In this document: positions 28,812 through 34,461 of the stretch, piece after piece
Numbering within the stretch: the stretch's first letter is position 1
Layout: every line of letters starts with the position of its first letter
Origin: Trichomonas gallinae
Lineage: Eukaryota
Direction of reading: 5' to 3'
Assembly: GCA_008369845.1 (NCBI GenBank)
Contig: MRSU01010065.1
Coordinates: 1 to 34,461 of the forward strand
DNA: 34,461 nt
Position numbers and translations under genes: made by a program
Notes under the pieces: generated by a model
What the model saw: only the letters and a program-made list of their open reading frames with translations
What the model was told of the DNA's origin: nothing
The model's database searches: none

Positions 28812-30578
28812 ATGTTTGGTAAAATAAACAAAGGCACTGCTAAACGTGGTAAACCACGAGGTAAGAACAAGATTACCACGAAAGTAACGAAAAATATACT
28901 ACTTAGCGATTTTCCCGAGCCTGAATTTATTGATCAAGGAATTTTAGCGACAGATGGCTATACATACTACAAAAAAGCAATTATTGAAGGACAAGAATTC
29001 AATTTGTACGATTCAGCTCAAGTTTTAACAGCAAATGACGAAAATATCAAAGATAATTTATTTTTTTGTTTAATTGTACAAATGAGAAAGTCACCAACTG
29101 GTGAAAAAGAGGCAAAAGTAAATTGGTACTGGCGCAAAGAAGAAATTCCAGAAGAATTACAATGTTATGTATTAAGAAGAGAGTTATTACTTTCAGAAAC
29201 GATAGATTTTATTCCACTTGACTCAATAAGATCGAAAATTACAGTACATACAAACAGCTCCGAGCTTGGAAATAAAGCGAATTGTAAATTAACAGCAAAC
29301 ACATCTTCTTACTTTTGCAATAGAGGTTATTTCACAACACAAGCAGAATTAGTTGCTGTTTCCACAATTCATCGATTATTTAAATTATTCAATGAAGAAA
29401 TTTCACACGTTGAAAGCGGCACGAAGCATGATATAGCACGAGAGAGATTGCAGCTCAACTATGTCAAGTTTATTCACAGTCGAGAAAATGAAATGAAATT
29501 AATTAAAGATGCGGTAGAAAGATTCTTAATTAGAGCAGGTGCAGGCGGATGTTTATATGTTTCTGGTGTCCCTGGAACAGGAAAAACTCTCTGTGTTAAA
29601 GAAGTTATGAAGCAAATTAGCAAAAAAATATTAACTGGTGAAATTCCAGACTTTGAGTTCTACGAGATAAACTGCTTGAGATTTAAAGAGTGCGCCAGTC
29701 TATTCAAAGAAATGTGGCTGCAAATAACTGGTGAGCATTTAAGCGTCAAAACTTCTCGAACGCGTTTGAATCATTTATTCACTAAGCATCCGCCATCAAA
29801 GTATATTATTTTACTGATAGACGAGATAGACGTCCTTTTGAATATGAAACAGACTGAAATATACTGTTTGTTGGAATGGGCGTGCTTGCCTAAGAGCCAT
29901 TTGATCGTCATTTGCATAGCAAACTTGATGGATATCGAACATAGATTGGCACCAAAAATACAGTCAAGATTCGGCAAAGAAACTATACATTTCCTTGCTT
30001 ATAAGGCAAATGAACTTAAAAGCATCATATCTGCTCGGGTTGAAGACCTAGAAATATTCCAGCCAGCTGCAATTGAATACTGCTCAAAGAACATTGCCAA
30101 TATAGGAGGAGACGCGAGAAAAGCATTGGAAGCATGTAGGCGCGCAATTGATTTCGTTGCTGATGATGAAAATGGAGTTGTTAAGCTTCAGACAATGGTT
30201 AAGGCTGTGAAAGACTTAAATGAGATTCGTGGAGTGTCAATACTAGAAAAAATATCAATCAATCAAAAAATATTTTTAATTGCTTTTCTGACAGAGCTAA
30301 AATTAAAGGATATCACAGCTGCTTTGATGAGAGATGTTGTCAGAAGGTTTTATGCGATTCAGAAGAATGTTAAAAATGCTCCACTTGTTAGTCCAACAAT
30401 GATATTAATTTTCGTGAATCAATTAATTGATATGAAGATCATAAACACACAGAACAAGCTCTCTTTAACTGCAAATTCGACAATTGTGCTTGTTTGCAGT
30501 GATAATGATTTGATAATATCGCTCAACAAATGCAAAGAGCTCAAGAAGCTGGTGGGTCCTTTAATGCCTAAGAACTAG
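28812..30578 (+). CDS. ORC1: Origin recognition complex subunit 1 / CDC6-family AAA+ ATPase with N-terminal BAH domain
   Basis: Walker A LYVSGVPGTGKT, EINC, Walker B ILLIDEID, ICIANLMD, IQSRFG, GDARKALEACRRA; BAH-like AKVNWYWR...RELLLSETIDFIPLDSIRSK. Confidence 0.88.
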   Translation: MFGKINKGTAKRGKPRGKNKITTKVTKNILLSDFPEPEFIDQGILATDGYTYYKKAIIEGQEFNLYDSAQVLTANDENIKDNLFFCLIVQMRKSPTGEKEAKVNWYWRKEEIPEELQCYVLRRELLLSETIDFIPLDSIRSKITVHTNSSELGNKANCKLTANTSSYFCNRGYFTTQAELVAVSTIHRLFKLFNEEISHVESGTKHDIARERLQLNYVKFIHSRENEMKLIKDAVERFLIRAGAGGCLYVSGVPGTGKTLCVKEVMKQISKKILTGEIPDFEFYEINCLRFKECASLFKEMWLQITGEHLSVKTSRTRLNHLFTKHPPSKYIILLIDEIDVLLNMKQTEIYCLLEWACLPKSHLIVICIANLMDIEHRLAPKIQSRFGKETIHFLAYKANELKSIISARVEDLEIFQPAAIEYCSKNIANIGGDARKALEACRRAIDFVADDENGVVKLQTMVKAVKDLNEIRGVSILEKISINQKIFLIAFLTELKLKDITAALMRDVVRRFYAIQKNVKNAPLVSPTMILIFVNQLIDMKIINTQNKLSLTANSTIVLVCSDNDLIISLNKCKELKKLVGPLMPKN

Positions 30579-32707
30579 TTTATCTATACTATTGTTTTTT
30601 ATATTATGTTATAAATTTGTTTATTTTTGAATCATCATTATTAATTAATCAAAAACAGTTCTGAATCCTATTAATATAGTCTAAATATAGTGTTCTACCG
30701 GTGTGCCATGCATGAACTCACCCTTTGGGAAATATTTGAAATAAAAACATATTACATATCATGTTGTCTGCTAAAATTCAGCTTTTCATGTCCAATGTAT
30801 ATCATATTTTAATGGTAAATAGTGCTTTGTTAGTTCAATCAAAAATTTTTCAATCTGTTCGTCGAATTTTAAAAATTTTGATCGGTACATATTCTCCTTC
30901 ACATTTGGATAAAATTAAACAAATTTTCCAAAAATCACTAAAATGAAACAACAAATGTTGAAAAAGAGACAAAATCGATCATGAATATATATCGCATAGA
31001 TTAGCGCACATATAATTATTATGTAGATTTTTACTGACGAAATAAGCAAATCTTATGAATGAAATGTGAAAATGCAGATTTTTGTAAAAATCATTATTGA
31101 ACAAGTGTAAACATTCCAATATAACTACCATCGATATATAAGTTATTTTATCATGTTATTTTTATAATTTTCCTTGATAATTCAGGAATTTAAAATTTTT
31201 TTGCAAAAGTTTCAGTAGAATTAGTGTATCTATATCATAGATTTGCTATTTTGTCTATTTAATATGTGAAGACTTCATAGTAAACACTTAATGATGACAT
31301 TCCAATCAAAAAATGATACCGAGAACATAATTTTATATTTTGTCAATTGAAATTTATTATATCAGATGTCATTATTTAAGGTATTAAACGTATAAGATCT
31401 AAATACAAATTTCGGAGAAGAAGGAATATCAAAATGGAGAAATCCAGTCATCACTTTAGAAATATAACTTTGTAATACCATTGTTCAGTTTTATGCCATT
31501 TAATAGACTTTTATGCGTTCAAAATTTGAAAGAGCAAATCAACTGCATGATTAACGATGTTTTATTGTTATCTAATGACATGAATTGTTTAATTGTGTTG
31601 AATTTATGATAATTTAGCAGAGTGTTAACGTAAAATTTATAGATTTTTCGATGATTTTTTTGAAACTATTCAAGAGCAAAAATGAGTTACATAGGATAAG
31701 TTATATGAGTGCATTAAAATTATTGCCATTGATTAAAACCAGAATCTAAGAGTTTTAAAACACCGAAGAAATATTGGCTTATTTTAGATAATGTCTATTG
31801 GATATATCATATATGTATTGTGTGGATATTCATATTTCATAATTATTAATTCTGCGACAATAAATTATTTTAACAATCACAAACACATTGTGTTATATGC
31901 AAAATGTCTTTAACAGTAGAATACATGCATTGAGATCTATTTAAATGTAGCTATAAACAAGCTTTAGTACTTTGATTAATTCAAAAATTTATTTGAATAT
32001 TAAAGTTTCCAGTTAAACTACCGGTAGAATGTCTTTTATTATATACATAATACAATTACAGTAGCAATCATTTATTATAGCAAATGGAAACCGAAATTTT
32101 GCTGAGTCAGCGTAAAATTGGGTAATTCTCCTTATTTTCATGTGTTCTTCATTCCACATTCTACCCAAAATAATCGTCTTGTCAATTGCAAATAACCCAT
32201 TCCGATCAATTTACTTTTTTCAATTTTTCAAACAAAAAGTGCAGTGATCGGATTCACAATTTCTTCCTATCTACTATGATGCTTCTGGGCGAATATTTCA
32301 TAAAACACTAACTAAAAGCATTCCATCAATGGAATTGAAAAATAAACCTTTTTAGCAATTAAATTTTAGTTGGTCAATATTGTTACAATTTTTCGCATCA
32401 TATTACATGCTAACATTATATATTAATAAACTCAAAATTTTTCAAAATTTATAAATTTATTCAAAAATTCGATATTTGTTATGTATCAACTATATTATTA
32501 CGTATTTTAGAATAAAAACTGAAAAATAATTTTGAATACAAAATCATAAATCATAAAAATTTGAATGAAAATCTTTGCAAACGATGTATATGCCTAAAAG
32601 AATGGTTATTATGTGGGAAATTTTTTGTTTTATTTTGAGAAGAATCGCAAATTTTTTGATAAGAAAATTGTTCATTGATTGAGAGTGAAATTGACCCGCT
32701 AACAAAA

Positions 32708-32717
32708 TCACATCATT
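32708..32717 (+). promoter_or_regulatory. Tandem initiator (Inr) elements
   Basis: TCACA-TCATT ending 6 nt before the ATG at 32724. Confidence 0.6.
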
Positions 32718-32723
32718 CTTATC

Positions 32724-33905
32724 ATGAAGATCCTCATTGCGGATACTGTCAGCCAGAAAATCGTAGATAATCTCATCAAGGGTGGACATACAGTAAAAAT
32801 GGACCCAACAATCACTGAAGATTCATTAGCAAATGAAATCACAGATTATAACATTCTCATAGTACGCTCGAAGGTTGTCAATGCTCATGCTATTGCTAAT
32901 GCACGTGGTTTGTCATTAATCATCCGTGCTGGCGCTGGCGTCAACACAATTGATGTTGAAGCTGCTTCGAACAAGGGTGTTTTAGTCTCAAACACACCAG
33001 GCATGAACAATGATGCTGTCGCTGAGCTCGCCTTCGGCCACATCGTCGCCTGCGACCGCTGCATCCCACAGAATACACAGCACATCAAGAACGGAGAGTG
33101 GAGGAAGAAATTATTCCTCAACTCCCAGGGTTTAAAGGACAGAGTTCTTGGTCTCGTTGGCTGCGGCAACGTTGCTAAGTCAATGATCAAGATTGCTCAC
33201 GGCTATGGCATGGATGTAGCTGTTTTCTCAATCCCATTCAGTCCACAGGAAGCCAAGGAACTCGGCGTTCAATATTGCGCAACACTCGAAGAAATCGCTA
33301 AGATTTCCGATGTTGTTTCGGTTCACGTTCCATACATGAAGGAAACACACCACATGATTGGCAAGGACTTCTTCGACGCCATGAAGAAGAAGGCTATCTT
33401 CGTCAACACATCCCGTGGTGAAATCGTTGACACACAGGCAATGATTGATGCAATCAAAGAGAAGGGCATCAAAGTCGGTCTTGATGTTTACGAAAACGAG
33501 CCAGCTGGTTCTTACGGCACATTCCAGAACAACCAGATCGCTGAGTTAGTCACATCTGCTACATGCCACATTGGTGCTTCCACACAGCAGGCCTCAGATA
33601 GAATCACAGACGAAACAATCAGGATCGTCAACACATTCGTCGAGACAGGTGAAGCTCTCCACTGCGTCAACATCGATGCTAATCCAAAGGTAGATGGAAT
33701 CCTTTCTGTTAGACACAACGGTGTCTTCGGAAAGATCATCGCATGCTGCGAAGATCATAAAGCACAGATCTTCTCTGTTACTAACGAAGTTTTCAAGGGC
33801 GATAACTGCCAGATTGCTTCCATCAGAATGAAGATGCCAAAGTCCTTCTCTGATGAGGTAAGCAAGATAGAGGGCGTTTATGGTGTTTCTTGTGTCATGT
33901 ATTAA
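32724..33905 (+). CDS. D-3-phosphoglycerate dehydrogenase-like D-2-hydroxyacid dehydrogenase with degenerate C-terminal ACT-like domain
   Basis: IIRAGAGVNTID, NTPGMN..AVAE, VSVHVP, FVNTSRG (Arg), LDVYENEP (Glu), CHIGASTQQA (His). Raised GC and biased codons suggest high expression. Confidence 0.92.
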   Translation: MKILIADTVSQKIVDNLIKGGHTVKMDPTITEDSLANEITDYNILIVRSKVVNAHAIANARGLSLIIRAGAGVNTIDVEAASNKGVLVSNTPGMNNDAVAELAFGHIVACDRCIPQNTQHIKNGEWRKKLFLNSQGLKDRVLGLVGCGNVAKSMIKIAHGYGMDVAVFSIPFSPQEAKELGVQYCATLEEIAKISDVVSVHVPYMKETHHMIGKDFFDAMKKKAIFVNTSRGEIVDTQAMIDAIKEKGIKVGLDVYENEPAGSYGTFQNNQIAELVTSATCHIGASTQQASDRITDETIRIVNTFVETGEALHCVNIDANPKVDGILSVRHNGVFGKIIACCEDHKAQIFSVTNEVFKGDNCQIASIRMKMPKSFSDEVSKIEGVYGVSCVMY

Positions 33906-33960
33906 ATAGAAATAAAACTTTAATGAAAATTTTTTCATTTTGAAATCAAAAATCGATAAA

Positions 33961-34290
33961 TTTGTCATGTAATCTAAAATTTTGTCATGTAACTACGGTA
34001 AAATTATCCCACTCATTTTGATCATTGATTAACTAGAATGAACTTCTTTGAAGTTAAAATTCTGAAGCCTATAATCGGTATTTTGATATTCATGAGATTA
34101 AATCCTAATATTTCATATGAGAGAAAATTTGTGATTTGATTTTGAAGAATAATAAGGTCTAGTAAAAAAAATATTCTTTCATTGCTTAATTTAAATATGA
34201 TCAATTTCTATGAAGGTGTAATAATGAATGTTATATATGAGAAAGGAATAATATATTTTGACATGTAAAGTTATGATTTTGTCATGTAAA
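33961..34290. repeat. Two pairs of TTTG(A/T)CATGTAA elements
   Basis: Copies at 33961, 33981, 34257 and 34278 (pair spacings 20 and 21). Confidence 0.8.
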
Positions 34291-34461
34291 TCGAACAACA
34301 AAATATTTTAACTATCTACAGATATAAAGATTTGGGAGAGGTGTACCAATGACGATAGAAATGTATTTTTGCTCCAAACTCTGCCAGTATATTATATGCA
34401 TTAATATGATGATATATACAAGTTTTGAGCCGATTTCGTTCGGACAATTCCGAGATACGCG

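Noticed and set aside
31290..31376. 11-bp imperfect inverted repeat (AATGATGACAT / ATGTCATTATT) containing a C-box-like ATGATGA
   Set aside because: No D box on the same strand and no second copy in the window; plausible by chance in AT-rich DNA.
32095..32119. GCTGAGTCAGC palindrome (AP-1/Gcn4-like) about 610 nt upstream of the PGDH-like gene
   Set aside because: Single occurrence, far from the compact core promoter, and no evidence for a cognate factor.

Overview
AT-rich, gene-dense, apparently intron-free eukaryotic DNA, most likely from a trichomonad parabasalid (Trichomonas-like; species not determinable). This rests on multiple BspA-like leucine-rich-repeat surface protein genes, TCA(Y)(W) initiator elements just before ATGs, Myb-like M3 elements, and stop codons overlapping a TAAA polyadenylation signal. 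Housekeeping genes are a PP2A B56 subunit, a TPT/nucleotide-sugar transporter, an aldo-keto reductase, an EF-hand/WD40 protein, an HMG-box protein, an EamA/DMT transporter, ORC1/CDC6 with a BAH domain, and a D-3-phosphoglycerate-dehydrogenase-like enzyme. The accessory core (9.4-19.6 kb) has one transmembrane BspA gene facing away from a tandem array of five related BspA paralogues, with a bacterial-type GH5 endoglucanase inside the array. Most interesting signals: (1) none of the five paralogues has an in-frame AUG at its conserved 5' end; each has a nearby out-of-frame AUG, and two share AUG..A-AAC-TAA needing a -1 shift; (2) the paralogues are mosaics of near-identical and divergent blocks; (3) a near-palindromic TTTGACATGTAAA element forms a ~42-bp-phased array and recurs in ~20-bp-spaced pairs; (4) a GC-rich hairpin-bearing island follows the HMG gene; (5) the dehydrogenase has NADP-type fingerprints. 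No rRNA, tRNA or CRISPR array was found. All family calls are from motif recognition by eye, not database searches.
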